A stretch of 64,000 bases of DNA from Octopus vulgaris (Eukaryota): assembly GCA_951406725.2 (NCBI GenBank), contig OX597819.1, positions 8,370,001 through 8,434,000 on the forward strand. The letters are read 5' to 3'. Below, piece after piece: positions 42,913-60,000 of this stretch (within the stretch, counting starts at the first letter, position 1; every line of letters starts with the position of its first letter). Below the pieces are notes generated by a model, which was not told the DNA's origin, did not search any database, and saw only the letters and a program-made list of their open reading frames with translations. Made by a program: the position numbers and the translations under genes.

Positions 42913-44342
42913 TTAATCCTTTTATCCAGCAATTCAAGTTTCTTTCAGCTCACCAATTTTTTTTCGTGTTAAATTGAACATACTGAAGACTCTAAAAGAC
43001 TCTAAAACATTAAACGTATTCACATGGTAAAATTGTCATTAGCTCCGAAAATAATATAATACTATAAAATGAGAAATTGATTGTAATAACATTACTTTGC
43101 CTATTAAAGACACGCTTAATGTAATAACAATCAAATAACACATTTTCATATCCTATTAATAGATAGGTGTGAGTGTGTGTATGCCTGTGTATGTTGTTGA
43201 AATAGATGCAGCATCTTTTAGCAGTATTGTTTACATATGGTAATGAATTAATAAAGCCATACACTGTAGTGCAATCAATAATTTATATTACTCATTTTAA
43301 TAAATGGCCTATTTAGATGAGACTGCGGTAGAAAGCACCCTAGACGTAATATCGGTGAAGTTATAAGATTTCGGATTGGACTTTGCTTAGCGTTTAAGTC
43401 TTGATTTTAGCCGCCGACGTTCAGAAAACCTTCGAGATAAATAAAGCACCTAAACTGATTTTCCTCGCTTTTTTAGTGTCAGTACCGTAAGAATTCCTTT
43501 TTTTTTCTATTGATATAACAAAGGAAACACTTAGTCTCTTTACCTTCTAGAAAAAACATCTACCTCATATCACATTCTATTGTTTCCAACAGAGAAGTAT
43601 GCAAAATTATAGGAGAGCTCGGTTAGAATGCCTTTGAATATACTTCTTTTTATGTCATATATAGCATGTATATAAGTAACGAGAATCTTTATATTTATTT
43701 CTATGTGAAAATATTGTGAATACTCATGTCTAAAATGCATAATTTTAAATGCATCATTTATTTCTCGTTCGTTCTTATATAGTGTAAGTGTTGAGTATAT
43801 TCAGAAAATGAATTTTCCATATATAAAATATATGAAAATGTTTAAATACACTGTGAGTGTATATAGAGAAGAGACAGAAAAAAATGGTTAGGATATCTGA
43901 TCCTCTTACACAAACTTTGCAGGCGGCAGCTATGAAACATATGCATGCGTGCTATACATAATTATGTACCTGTATATACAGACATGTGTGAATCCTGCTG
44001 GCAAGTATACAGCCTCTACCTCACAAAGATTCCTACCAGACCTCCCTACAGTCGCTGTAGATGTGAGTTTTATGGCCCCAAACAAGGGAACTGGAAGGAA
44101 ATGTGAAACCCAGAGTTACTGTGTGACAGACCATTCTGGTTGAAAAAAACCTAACACCTATCAATCACTGCCCCGCTGTCTCATCTATGAATCTAGGAAG
44201 TACAGTTCCAAGGAAAGTACAGCTGCGAGTAAAACAAGCTGCTGCGGTCAACTTGAAGGTAGATTTCGACAGACTGCATTCACAATACCAGTCATTTTTC
44301 GATCACTTTTGCTTCTCCACGGTTAAGATAGTAATATTGGGT

Positions 44343-44714
44343 TGGAGGCGCAATGGCCCAGTGGTTAGGGCATAGGATCGCGGTTTCGATTCCCAGACCG
44401 GGCGTTGTGAGTGTTTATTGAGCGAAAACACCTAAAAGCTCCATGAGGCTCCGGCAGGGATGGTGGTGATCCCTGCTGTACTCTTTCACCACAACTTTCT
44501 CTCATTCTTACTTCCTATTTCTGTTGTACCTGTATTTCAAGGGGCCGGCCTTGTCACTCTCTGTGTCACGCTGAATATCCCCGAGAACTACGTTAAGGGT
44601 ACACGTGTCTGTGGAGTGCTCAGCCACTTATACGTTAATTTCACGAGCAGGCTGTTCTGTTGATTTGGATCAACCGGAACCCTCGTTGTCGTAACCGACG
44701 GAGTGCTTCCATCC
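44343..44714 (+). mobile_element. SINE family B with a deletion in the anticodon-arm region
   Basis: TSD AGTAATATTGGG. Confidence 0.92.
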
Positions 44715-45017
44715 AGTAATATTGGGAAACGTATACTTCTAACGCCGCTTAAGAATTTCATTGCCTCGACGTTCGATGTTTTCCTACGTAACGTCGGCCA
44801 TGGGAGTATCTCGTGTGTCTGCGACAATGAATTACTGTCTCGCATGATAAGATGTAACACAGGCGCTGGTAGTGTCTCATATGTTTGCCTTTTCTGTTAT
44901 TGTTGCTTTATGAGATGTACGGCAATTAAATGATACCCCATTTGAAGAGGCTTTTCATTGAATTTCATGGGCAACAATAACTATATATGAATGTTTACAC
45001 GATTATGTGAGAAATAA

Positions 45018-45253
45018 GGTGGCGAGCTGGCAGAAACGTTAGCACGCATGGCGAAATGCTTAGCGGTATTTCGCCTGCCGCTACGTTCTGAGTTCAAATT
45101 CCGCCGAGGTCGACTTTGCCTTTCATCCTTTCGGGGTCGATTAAATAAGTACCAGTTACGCACTCACTGGGGTCGATAATACCGACCTAATCCGTGTCTG
45201 TCCTTGTTCGTCCCCTCTGTGTCTAGCCCCTTGTGGGTAGTAAAAAAAATAGG
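45018..45253 (+). mobile_element. Meta-domain SINE (family C)
   Basis: TSD TATGTGAGAAATA. Confidence 0.92.
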
Positions 45254-45448
45254 TATGTGAGAAATAGATATGCATAAACATTAAATGATATCATGCATCC
45301 ATATGCACATGAATATACAGGTGTAAATATACCAACAGACGTATAAACCATTACCTTCGTGAATATGACCGATTCAAATATGTATTTGAGCGAGAGTGAA
45401 TCTATATTTCAGTGAGCTTATGCAGGAACGCACGAATGCACACGCGCG

Positions 45449-46130
<682 letters not shown>

Positions 46131-46205
46131 ACGCACATACACCATCTTGATTACTATATTAACAAAACACGTACAACACACTTGAATGCAAAAAGTATAC
46201 AAACA

Positions 46206-46266
<61 letters not shown>

Positions 46267-47449
46267 TCATACATTTATGTAAATATATATACTTAGATAC
46301 ATGCACACGTGCATACAGACATGCATGTACGCATGCGCACATACGAGTTCAGAACCATATAAACGATACCGAAATGCATGCATAAATTGATGCAGCTTTT
46401 ATTTAGATTTATTGCATCCATCTAGAATGAGTATATAAATTTAATTTTATCTCTGAGTTCTAGAGTGTTCTTGTGGCCACCCAACTCCAAATTGCTCGGG
46501 ATGGGACTAAATTCACCAGGATATGACAGCAGAGTATCAATAAGAAAGACATCAACCCATATTTATACACCGACGGAAGAAATCTTTGCTTGATTTGCAT
46601 ATGACGATGCCGTTGCACGTTAAAGGGGTGGAGGAGAGAAGCTGAGGATGCGAGTGTTATGGGTGGAGAGTGATGTGTAGGGTTCAGGCGAGGAAGGGTC
46701 ACAATGACTGCCATCTAAAAGATAGCCCACCGCCTACCCTACCCTATCCATTACTCCACTTCGTGACAGGGCCGAAATGGTGATATGCTAATCTGCATTG
46801 GCGTACTTGCTGGTCTCTCTACATCTCTTTCCTCCTACTCACTCTGTCATTCTTTTGTTCTCTCTCTCTCTCTCTCCCTCTCTCTCTTTCTCTCTCTCCT
46901 ACCATTACAACCACAACCTCCACCAGCACCAGCATCTGCAACATCAAGCGCACGGCCACCACACCCACCGCAACCATCACCACCATCACAACCACTACAT
47001 TGCTCACAATCCCAACGTCTCTACTGCCATAAGAGTCAGCCCACCACCACTACCACTACCAACACTATCATCTGCCCCCATCACAATCACCAACATCAGC
47101 ACCACCATTGCCACCCCCAACATCAATAACACGACCAGCACCATCAGCATCATGAGAACTAGCACCACCACCACCGCCGCCACCGCCAGCACCAGCACCA
47201 GCACCACCACTACCACAACTACCACCACCGCCACCGCCGCCCCCAGAACCATCCCTTATACAGCCGACGATATGATAAAAAAACATTGTCACGTGGGCAT
47301 GCAATAGATCAAAAAATATTGCCAACATGACAGCGACAAGGCGACGTTGACATTTTGTCGTTGTCATCGACGTCATCGTTGTCTCTGTTGTTGGTTATTA
47401 CGATGGGTTTCGCGGTTATTCTAGCTTTTTTATAGCACAAGTTATTCCG

Positions 47450-47481
<32 letters not shown>

Positions 47482-47648
47482 CCTTTTATTGTGGATGTTG
47501 TTCTTGCTTGCTTTTCTCTTCTTCATCGTTGTAATTCCTTTCGTCCATATTTGTTACAATTATTGCTAGTCTTGTTGTTGTTCTTGCTGTAATAGATCTT
47601 CTTGTCAATGCTTTTCGTTGCTATTGGCGGATCGGTTTTTGTTGATTC

Positions 47649-48846
<1,198 letters not shown>

Positions 48847-49498
48847 GTCGTTCGTTGTCACAATTATTGTCGTCGCTCTCGTCGCAATCATTATCATTAC
48901 CATTATCATAATTAGGCGGCTAGCTGGTGGAGTGGTTAGCATACCGGGCAAAAATGCTCAGCAACATTTCGTCCCTCTTTACGTTCTGAGTTGAAATTCC
49001 GAGGTTGACTTTGCCTATCATCCCTTCGGTGTCGATAAAATAAGTACCAGTTGAGCACTGAGGTCGACGAAATCGACTTAGCCGAAATTGCTGGACTTGT
49101 GCCAAAATTCGAAATCATTATTATTATTATTAATGCTGTTGCTGTTTTTCTTGTTGTAGACTTGGAAGGACAAATGCAATATTTGAAAAAAGATGGGGAA
49201 AGTAACAAGCTCCAAAGAAAGTACGAAATTAGGCACAGGTCGTCAAAGAAGCAATAAAGCAAAAAATTAAGGCATTATCAGATTAAAAAAAAAATAGAAA
49301 CAAGGACAAACGGAATATAGAAAGGAATCAAAGGAACCGGTTCTGTTGTATATTGATAGCAAGGTATTAAGTGTGATACGAATAAGAAAGTAAAACTTAG
49401 CTGTTGGTTGGAAAGATTACAAGAAAGCCTACGATAATACCGGTTTGATTGGCCTTGGTAGAATTTCAACTCAGACCGTAAAGGAGTGTAAGTAAATA

Positions 49499-49888
49499 CC
49501 TATTTCTTTATTACCCACAAGGGGCTAAACATAGAGGGGACAAACAAGGACAGACAAAGGGATTAAGTCGATTACATCAACCGCAGTGCGTAACTGGTAC
49601 TTAATTTATCGACCCTGAAAGGATGAAAGGTAAAGTCGACCTCGGCGGAATTTGAACTCACAATGTAACGCCGACGAAATACCTATTTCTTCCCACAAGG
49701 GGCTAAAGACAGAGCGGACAAACAAGGACAGACATAAGTATTAAGTCGATTACATCGACCCCAGTGCGTAACTGGTACTTAATTTATCGACCCCGAAAGG
49801 ATGAAAGGCAAAGTCGACCTCGGCGGAATTTGAACTCACAACGTAACTGCAGACGAAATACCGCTAAGCATTTCATCCGGCGTGCTAA
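49499..49888 (-). mobile_element. Tandem dimer of family C SINE
   Basis: Two units joined at GAAATACC|TATTTC. Confidence 0.88.
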
Positions 49889-49896
49889 CAAAATAC

Positions 49897-49976
<80 letters not shown>

Positions 49977-51382
49977 ATTGCAGCTGTTGCTGCTGCGGCC
50001 GCCGCCACTGTGGTCCCTTTTGTTTCAGTCATCGTCATTTTGTTTTGTTAATAGCTATAGTAGCGATGTCTTTGTTACAAATTTTTTGCCAATTTTTCCT
50101 CAGCAGAATAGATTTTTTCAACCGGTGGCATTCACATCGTCACCATCTCCTTTGTTATATATACCAACTATCAAACATCCCGCCTACAACTGTAAGCAAC
50201 CTTGTTCGATACTTCTGAACATTTTTGGCAGCTCGCGTCAATGCCATGGTCGAAGGAAAATATCTTTATCTTTTCTGGGGAAAAGATAGATCCGGAGTCT
50301 TCAACACCTAATTCACGACCCTCTTCGAAACAGGTATAATTTCAAAATTCTCAGTAGCAAGTGGACAACTAGTGAAATCTTCCATTTCCAAGCTTCTAGC
50401 GCACAAAAATCCTGCCCCGTGCCTATTTTTAAAATAAACCACAAACATCAGCCTGATAGAATCGTTAGCACGCCGGACAAAATGCTTCGTGGCATTTCTT
50501 CCGGTTCTTTACGTTCTGAATTAAATTCCGCCGAGATAAACTTTATTTTTCACCCTTTTGGAGTCGATGAAATAAAGACCTGTTAAATACTGGAGTCGAT
50601 GTAGTCGACTTAACATTACCCATCAAAACTTTCTGGCCTTGTACCAAAATTAGGAAGAATTGATATCATCATCATCATCATCATTATCATTAAGGCGTAG
50701 GCTGTAAGAATTGTTATCTCATTGATAAAGCAGTCAGCATAGGGTAGAGTACCGAGTACCCCTAAATGTTAGGTAGTTGGGAACGACGACACCAATGGTA
50801 AATTAACGGTGACCCAGGAGAGTGGGTGCATTTTACCCCTCGACTAAAGTTCGAAATTGTTCATATACACCGGCTGCAGAAGATGATCATAACAAAGATG
50901 TTTAAAGTCATGGATGCCCAGATCCTACATAGAAGGTGGTTTCTCACTCCTGTAGAGATAGGTACTCCCTGTTTGCATTTACGTACACTTGATTTGTATA
51001 GCAATTATTCAACTTGTTATAATATATTACGTTACGCTTTTGCTCTAACACCGTTTATCATATGTACTCCGCCTCACCCACCAACTCATATTTGCAGCAC
51101 CTTTTATGAAACAGTTTCCGAATTGTATATTTAGACACATATGAGAAATGATTGTTTCAAATTTGAGCACGTGGCCAGCAATTTCAAGGGAAGGAGTAAT
51201 TCGATTGCATCGACCCCAGTGTTCAAATGGTACTTATTTTTATTTTTATCTCCGACCAAACGTCAACCTCATCGGAACTGAAAGTTAGAACGTAAAGACG
51301 GACGAAATGCCGCAAAGCATTTCGCCCTGCTTGCTAACAATTCTACCAGCTCGCCGCCCTACATATAAAAAATAATGAAAAG

Positions 51383-51786
51383 ATTTTTCTTTTCTTACTC
51401 TAGGCACAAGGCCCGACATTTTGGGGGAGGGGGGCAGTCGATTAGATCGACCTTAGTACGCAACTGGTACTTAATTTATCGACCCCGAAAGGAGGAAAGG
51501 CAAAGTCCACCTCAGCGGAATTTGAACTCAGAATGTAAAGACAGGCGAAATACCTATTTCTTTACTACCCACAAGGGGCTTAACAGAGAGGGGACAAACA
51601 AGGACAGATAAACGGATTAAGTCGATTACATCGACCCCAGTGCGTAACTGGTACTTATTTAATCAACCCCGAAAGGATGAAAGGCAAAGTCGACCTCGGC
51701 GGAATTTGAACTCAGAACGTAACGGCAGATGAAATACGGCTACGCATTTCGCCCGGCATGCTAACGGTTCTGCCAGCTCGCCGCCC
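51383..51786 (-). mobile_element. Dimeric family C SINE next to an older copy (51150-51360)
   Basis: Same layout as 16247-16635; TSD-like ACATAT(AA/GA)(A/G)AAATAATGAAA. Confidence 0.88.
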
Positions 51787-52364
51787 AACATATGAGAAAT
51801 AATGAAAGGATTATTATCAAGAGTAAGGAACATATGAATAATTTGCAAAATAGAACAAAAGTAGATGTTTAAAGCTTAGTAAAAATCATTGAGGACATTG
51901 TTGACAATGAGAACCGAAATTAAAAGAATGAAAAAAAAAACAACAAAAAAAAAACTAGGAAATGAAGAAACAAAACTAAACAAAAGAAACACTACTAAGC
52001 ACAATAACAACAGTCACATGAATATTTTTCCCATTCATATGATTGAATTTCTTATTATGTACTTACCTTTTTAATACACACATGATTACATACATGCATA
52101 CATACATACCTACATACATACATACATATGTATGCATGTGTGCAATACCGTAGTATTCTTCTAATGCAAACATATGCAGATATTTCCAATATAGACAAAC
52201 GACTTGAAAGTGATGGGAGGAGAATATCCAATTATATCGACCCTAATATTTCACTGGTACCTTGTTTTACCGACGTCGGAGAGATAAAAGTAAAGTTAGC
52301 CTCAGTGAAATTTGAACTCGGAAAATAAATAGATATCGCAATACTTACCCGTAAATTAGAAGCG

Positions 52365-52425
<61 letters not shown>

Positions 52426-52428
52426 GTA

Positions 52429-52495
<67 letters not shown>

Positions 52496-52510
52496 CATCA
52501 TCATTATGGA

Positions 52511-52872
52511 GTGAGTGAGTGAGCAGTGCATACCATCAAAGTGACACTGGGGTAAAATATACGAAGCCCAGTATACCCATCATGACTACCCGGGCACATA
52601 CATCACAACCATATGTGCGTGATAAAGTGATCTCATATCAAGATAAACAGCGCATGACCTTGCAGGTGGAGCCCGGCCAGAATTTTCTTCAGGTCGAGTA
52701 GCCCAACCCGCTCTAAAGATCCCTGAATAAGGCTTGCTTAAGGATGTTGAACGAAACCCCCATGTTTCCAGAGGTGAATTATCCAAACCTCAAATAATCC
52801 CTCTCAATGTATGGCTATGATGCTCTCCGACTACTTCTGCTCGTTATCAGAGATGCACGTATCGTCAGCCAC
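52511..52872 (-). mobile_element. Second copy of the 38121 repeat
   Basis: Colinear match with one internal deletion; adjoins (ATT)n. Confidence 0.8.
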
Positions 52873-53002
52873 AAACATAATGAGTCGGCTGATCACATTG
52901 CATTATTACATCTCGAGTATCTTTACCTTGACATTCTCGATTACTTCTTTTGAGGCTTGCTCTATGTAAAACGTACTCCCCACACACCTCCCAAACAAAT
53001 CA

Positions 53003-53414
53003 TTCTTACTCTTTACTCTTTTACTTGTTTCAGTCATTTGATTGCGGCCAATGCTGGAGCACCGCCTTTAGTCGAGCAAATCGACCCCGGGACTTATTCT
53101 TTGTAAGCCCAATACTTATTTTATCGGTCTCTTTTGCCGAACCGCTAAGTAACGGGGGCATAAACACACCAGCATCGGTTGTCAAGCAATGCTAGGGGGA
53201 CAAATACAGACACACAAACACACACACGCATATATATATATATACATATATACGAGGGGCTTCTTTCAGTTTCCGTCTACCAAATCCACTCACAAGGCTT
53301 TGGTCGGCCCGAAGCTATAGTAGAAGACACTTGCCCAAGGTGCCACGCAGTGGGACTGAACCCGGAACCATGTGGTTGGTAAACAAGTTACTTACCACAC
53401 AGCCACTCCTGCGC
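53003..53414 (-). mobile_element. SINE family A, full length
   Basis: Colinear with 18619-19074. Confidence 0.9.
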
Positions 53415-53914
53415 GCGATATTATCGTGTCTTCTTTTATATTCCTTTTGGGCCAGCTTCATGCATTCTTTCACAATATGGCATACAGTTTCACCTTCATC
53501 CCTGCACAACCTACACTTGTGTTTCTGCTGTACTGTCGATTCTGCATTTGGTGTTACTTGTCCTTAGTTCTTTTTCCTATACAGCACCGATAATTACTTC
53601 CTTAGCCAATGCCACATTCCATTGGTATCCACATTCTCTTTCACTTCTTATTTAAATTGTCCAAACTTAGATACTTAGATAAGTCTCGACCAGAATTGGT
53701 CCAAGCCATATCTAACTTAATAGCACCACACGGAAAAGACCTTTAATGATGATTCATATTACAATCATTTTGGGGGTACCATAACCTGTTCGAGTAAAGT
53801 GTTATTGATTGCAGGGATATACCCGGCTGAAGGTAGTTTATCTGGAATTTATTGGAAGTATTCATGTAGGACTCATTTGAATGTTAGATCTTTTTCTTCT
53901 CTTATGTGTCTTGG

Positions 53915-54279
53915 TGGAAGCACTCCGTCGGTTACGACGACGAGGGTTCCGGTTGATCCGATCAACGGAACAGCCTGCTCGTGAAATTAACGCGTAAGTG
54001 GCTGAGCACTCTACAGATACGTGTACCCTTAACGTAGTTCTTGGGGATATTCAGCGTGACACAGAGTGACAAGGCCGGCCCTTTGATATACAGGAAGTAA
54101 GAATGAGAGAAAGTTGTGGTGAAAGAGTACAGCAGGGATCACAACCATCCCTGCTGGAGCCTCGTGGAGCTTTAGGTGTTTTCGCTCAATAAACACTCAC
54201 AACGCCCGGTCTGGGAATCGAAACCGCGATCCTACGACCGCGAGTCCGCTACCCTAACCACTGGGCCATTGCGCCTCCA
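53915..54279 (-). mobile_element. SINE family B
   Basis: TSD GTGTCTTGGT. Confidence 0.92.
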
Positions 54280-54583
54280 CGTGTCTTGGTATGACGTTAA
54301 AGAGAGCAGGGCAAGTTGGGGTGAAAGAGTTCTGTCTTAGTGTTGTGATGAAAACAAACATCTTTTTTTTTTTCCATTCTGTTTTTCTTTTGTTCTTCTT
54401 TCTCTTTTTTCTCTTTTGCTTTCTATTTCCCTGTTTCAAGCATATCTGCCCTTACTATACCAGATATCCTCACCTAAGCCAGAAAGGATTTAATGGCACA
54501 CCTGGTACCCACTCCAAGTTATTTTCTTCTCAGAATATACAACTTTTACAGCTTATTAGCTCCCGTCCGTATGGTTAAATATA

Positions 54584-54817
54584 TATTTCTTTACTATCCA
54601 CAAGGGGCTAAACATAGAGGGGACAAACAATGACAGACAAACGGATTAAGTCGATTACATCGACCCCAGTGCGAAACTGGTACTTTATTTATCGACCCCG
54701 AAAGGATGAAAGACAAAGTCGACCTCGGCGGAATTTGAACTCAGAACGTAGCAGCAGACGAAATACCGCTAAGCATTTTCGCCCGGCGTGCTAACGGTTC
54801 TGCTAGTTCGCCGCCTT
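54584..54817 (-). mobile_element. Meta-domain SINE (family C)
   Basis: TSD CCGTATGGTTAAATATA at 54567-54583 and 54823-54839. Confidence 0.92.
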
Positions 54818-55188
54818 GTTAACCGTATGGTTAAATATAGACTATCAATATTGCTCTTGGATGGAGTGATCCGTGCATTGTGAGTAGCTTTTCGATCTAG
54901 CTTCTGTAACCTCTTTTCTCCAATTGATAATAGGTGCTCCATACCTGAATAATGCAATCAGCCACCAATTGATTGCATGAAACTTATTTCTCACATTCTG
55001 TTTTGACTGCAGCACGAGTCTTACTTAAAGCGCTTCTTCATTTCTTCTTCCAGCATTTCATTCATATCCTGTACGTCCGGTATCATCAATCCTTTTCAGG
55101 ATTTCACCTGATGGTAATTTTATACCTTCAAGTCCCTCGCGTAAGGAATATTATCCTATAAGTTATTGTGTCATATTCCATTTTGATA

Positions 55189-55584
55189 TCTTTATATATA
55201 AAAGTGAGGTTGTGGGCTGTCTGTCTCCTACGATTTAGATTCCTAACTACTCCCACATTTTGCGGTGCAGTTTAATCAAAACCGGGTATCTTATAGTCGT
55301 GATTCATATCGAGCCCTTCTGGGTATTACCGCGCGTCTACGATGAGTCTACGATTTTAAAAATAATTTACCATCAATTTTTCCCATTTTAATGCATTTTT
55401 GGCATATATATAAGGGAAGTAACTCTCTAAAAATGTATTATTAAATCTCAGAACGTAAAAAGCTACAGTAACACCCCCCTTTGTGGTTAGCCATATTGAG
55501 ATGGCTATTATACTTTACATCTCTAAAAATGCTTATATAGTTATTTCCCTTACAAACCCGAGCAACGCCGGGCGATACTGCTAG
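55189..55584 (+). mobile_element. Complete non-autonomous Helitron
   Basis: A|TC...hairpin...CTAG|T; removing it restores the host LINE reading frame. Confidence 0.93.
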
Positions 55585-56292
55585 TCCTTGATAAAGCGAT
55601 GAATAGTGTTCACTGAACAACTGATTTGAGCTATACCCCTCTTGATTCTTAACGTTCCTCTCTCCATATGATGTGAGTTCGGACTTCTAGCTTTAAGGGC
55701 AGCGAACTGGCAGATTCGTTACCGCGTCGTACAAAATTCTCAGCAGAACCTCTTTCGTGGTCGATTTTGCCCTTCAGCCTATCGGAATTGGTAAAATAAA
55801 GACCCAGTGAAGTTGATATAATCGATTAGTTCCATCCCCAAAACTTCGAGCTTTGTGTGTATATTATTTTAAGAGTGGTCGAATGCGGAATTTAGTCCAG
55901 TGCTTTCTATTTTGAGCCATACCCAATCCCCACACCCCCGGAGAATAATTGTGGTTTTCATTTTTCCAGTGTCGGTAAAATAAAAACTGAATCGCCGAAT
56001 CTTCTCCATCAAAACTGCAGATGTTATGCCTAAATTATAAGCAATTATGATTGTTGTTTCTCATTTACTCACATAATGAAGAACTATAGGCGTGTCCTAT
56101 TTGCAGTGTCTTAGAGATTTAGGAAAAGGAATGACAGAAAGAGACCACGAAGAAAGGTTGCTGCAGGAGTAGGACACAGCGGTATCGAGCTATCCTCAGG
56201 TCAGAAGATAAATGGAAAACGCTTTAAGGTATGGTTGGACAACCTGCAACATTTCATTCACCTCCTGTACGCCCAGTAACATCAATCTGAAG

Positions 56293-56358
<66 letters not shown>

Positions 56359-56410
56359 GTATATATATGTATGTATGCATGTATGTGCATGTATGCATGT
56401 ATGTATGTAC

Positions 56411-56491
<81 letters not shown>

Positions 56492-56638
56492 CATATATAT
56501 ATATATATATACATAATTTACAAGATAAGGGCAGAAATTATGTATATGTAAATTATGTATAAATTTTACCTTTAAAGGCATTTTTTGATATGCTGGCCAT
56601 TGATAAAATTTTTTTCCCGAAAAAAATTTTATCCTATA

Positions 56639-56698
<60 letters not shown>

Positions 56699-57360
56699 TC
56701 ACATAGACACATATACACTTACTCACGCACGCGCACACTTACAGGTGCGCGCATGATGAGATTCTTCAGTTTACATACATCAAATCATTACTGGTCAACC
56801 GCTGCCATAGGTGTAAACACCTGTCTAATGTACCTCGCTTTCAGAATCAAGTGATGAAGAATCGAACTTTATAACTATGCTGAAATGTGAACATAATAAT
56901 TCCACCATTAAATTTCTATATTATAAACAACATCAATTTTTTTTTTACTTGTAGGCTGATTTATTCTGTTTTACTTTCTTTTGTTTTTTTTATTTGCGTT
57001 TTGTTTTTTCCATAGGAGAAAGTTCTAAATATAATTTGTTCCGTCTTCACAATGTTCACTGCTGCCGTAAGACAATACCTGCAATGATAGAGAATAACGT
57101 TTAATTAATTACAATAGAAAAACAAATAAATATTTTCATATATTTACGACAATAGAATAGATTAAATTCACTTAATTTTCTTAGAATCCAAATATATATA
57201 AATCTGACTTTTTTTGTTGTTGTTATTGGCATTTTTTCTCTTATTTTTCTTTCTTGTTTTTCATCTGTATTTCAGTCTCTCTATCAATGTTATGTTCTGT
57301 CTTTCTCTTAATATCACCCACCTACCTACGTACTTACCTACCTACCTACCTGTTGCCTGC

Positions 57361-57375
57361 CTATCTATCTATCTG

Positions 57376-57441
<66 letters not shown>

Positions 57442-57463
57442 ATCTATCTATCTATCTATCTAA

Positions 57464-57560
<97 letters not shown>

Positions 57561-57618
57561 ATCTATCTATCTATCTATCTATCTATCTAACTATCTATCT
57601 ATCTATCTATCTATCTAA

Positions 57619-57669
<51 letters not shown>

Positions 57670-57675
57670 CCTATC
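57361..57675. repeat. (CTAT)n array
   Basis: Direct reading. Confidence 0.95.
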
Positions 57676-59589
57676 ACACATATAGAAATAGTAGTACACA
57701 CCTCAACTACCGTTTCCCTGTTGTATGCTACAGACTTTAAGTCTTAACTCATACATTCCGCTATATAAAATGAAATGCACCTTAGAGAAATAGTTCGTGG
57801 TTTAAATCTTCAAAATCAACAGAGAATATGATTATTAAATGCGATTGGCCATTCACTTAAGCTATAAATTACTCGACTGTTTCCATATTAAACCAGATTT
57901 TCATTAACACATGAGTGTAAATTCTTGTTATATCTTAAAAATTATGAAGGCGTTGATCTGACGAGGGAATGAGGGTCAGTTTTATTATCGCATCTTCGTT
58001 CTGCCATCGTGCAGTAGCATTTATTTCTTATTTCCTGTTTACACTAAAATGGATATTGCTATCCCAGTGCTTGTATTTCGATATTTTCTTTAGTTACCTC
58101 GATTTTCAGTTGAATTAATTTCATTTCATTTTCAGTAGTAATGTTGCTGAGAAAGGCCATATGACATAATTACATTTCGTCTCAGCCATAAAACGGACTC
58201 CTTTTTTTTATTTTTACCTATATAAGACATCAATATAATACAATGCCTTCAAGTGACTGAGTCGACAGACTATGCAGAGCAGTGAACTAAATAATTTAAT
58301 GTATTTAGTTACGTTCTTCATTGTGTGTGCTCAAACTTCCTGGGTATTTCGTACCTATTTGTACTCACTCAAAGGTCACTAAAATATAAACCAAGATGTT
58401 GAAAAGGATTATAAATAAGTCTTAATTTAAAGAAATTAATTTCTTCCAAATCTGTCAATGTGTTAATTGATTTAAGTAGAGAGGTTAACCCCTATAGAAC
58501 ATCGACTACAGTATTGGGTGTAAATTCTCAATAACCATTATATTTCATTTGCTTCAAATACTTTTGAGAATAAATAGTATATGTTGTTGCTTAGGTCATT
58601 CTTGACTGAGAAAAAATATGATCAAACGCATTACAGGTATATTTAGTTTAACTTTACAGCTATACTGTCCATTAGATCTGTCCTTGGCCAAGACGATAAA
58701 ATTTGATTTAAGCGATATTAGGGCGCAATATCTTGCAAGTTGAGTGCAGAGGAAACTTCATTGTCAGTTGTTACTGGTTCTCCATCCATCAATATAAATA
58801 TGAAAATACAACATCATCATTATTCAGTTATCACCAATCTCACTACCAATCTCTACCATGCGTCCAAACACCGTTAGACTTGAGATACCAACGTCATAGA
58901 AATAGCAACTACATAACCCTTAAATTCACACTATAACATCTCAAAATATAAGTGGTACACACTGGATAATGTCATGTGTATCAGAAAGATACAATTGTTA
59001 AGGCTGGAAGATCTTCGATCATATGCCTCCTTTAGCAGAGATATATAGAAGCTCAATAAAATATGATGACAACATAACTACACTCTAATGAACTGATTGA
59101 AGCAGTAAATAGATGCTGACAGTAAAACAAAATTTTAGGAAAGTTGTCTAGCAGAGTCGTTCATTTTCGCACACCTTTTGCTGACCGAAGAATGCTAATT
59201 ATAAGTGCAAATATCGTCTCCATGTATCACAACCACTGCCACTATAGCCACTGCCTTCTCACCGAGATCACGTTTAGCTTATATACTCCTGTGCTTCATA
59301 TAATACAGTACCAATCAAGCACTAGTGTCAACTGTTTCCTTTTCCCGACATTCTGACCTTGTGCCTATATCGGAAATGTTTATCGAATAAACGTTATAGC
59401 GACAGATGGATTGGTTTTCAGTATTTGTTTTGATTCTTTACGTTCCGAGTTCAATACCATCCGAAATTAACTCTGCCTTTCCTCCGCTACAGGTTGATAA
59501 AATAAAGTATCAGTCATGTACTGGGGTCAACGTAATCGACTAACTACCTCCACCTAAAATAGCTAGCCTTGAGCCAAAATTTGAAACAA

Positions 59590-59597
59590 TTCTTCTT

Positions 59598-59686
<89 letters not shown>

Positions 59687-59766
59687 CATCATAATTATTA
59701 TTATTATTATCATTATTATTATTATCATCATCATTATTATCATCATCATCATTATTATCATCATCA

Positions 59767-59800
<34 letters not shown>

Positions 59801-59817
59801 CATTATTATTATTATTA

Positions 59818-59875
<58 letters not shown>

Positions 59876-59907
59876 CATTATTATCATTATTATTATTATT
59901 ATTATTA

Positions 59908-59950
<43 letters not shown>

Positions 59951-60000
59951 CATTATTATTATTATTATCATTATTATTATTATTATTATTATCATTATTT
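59590..60000. repeat. (CTT)n-(ATT/ATC)n array as the tail of a degenerate family C SINE
   Basis: Follows CCTTGAGCCAAAATTTGAAACA. Confidence 0.9.

Larger units (their letters stand above)
52875..55630 (-). pseudogene. Decayed R4/Dong-clade non-LTR retrotransposon (end of RT, CCHC knuckle, start of RLE endonuclease), fragmented by insertions
   Basis: In order: VNTIHRFIK|DIKMEY, EGIKLPSGEILK, RNKFHAINW..LFRYGAPIINW, LQKLDRK, KLLTMHGSLHPR, NIDSLYL, GRELISC, EENNL, EWKKKKMF|GQF, WHWLRK, CRLCRDEGETVCHIVKECMKLAQKEYKRRHDNIAR, EVIENVKVKIL, MQCD. Confidence 0.85.

Noticed and set aside
56172-56204. Minus-strand CTGAGGA..GATAC motif
   Set aside because: Stems do not pair and the core is altered; not supportable.
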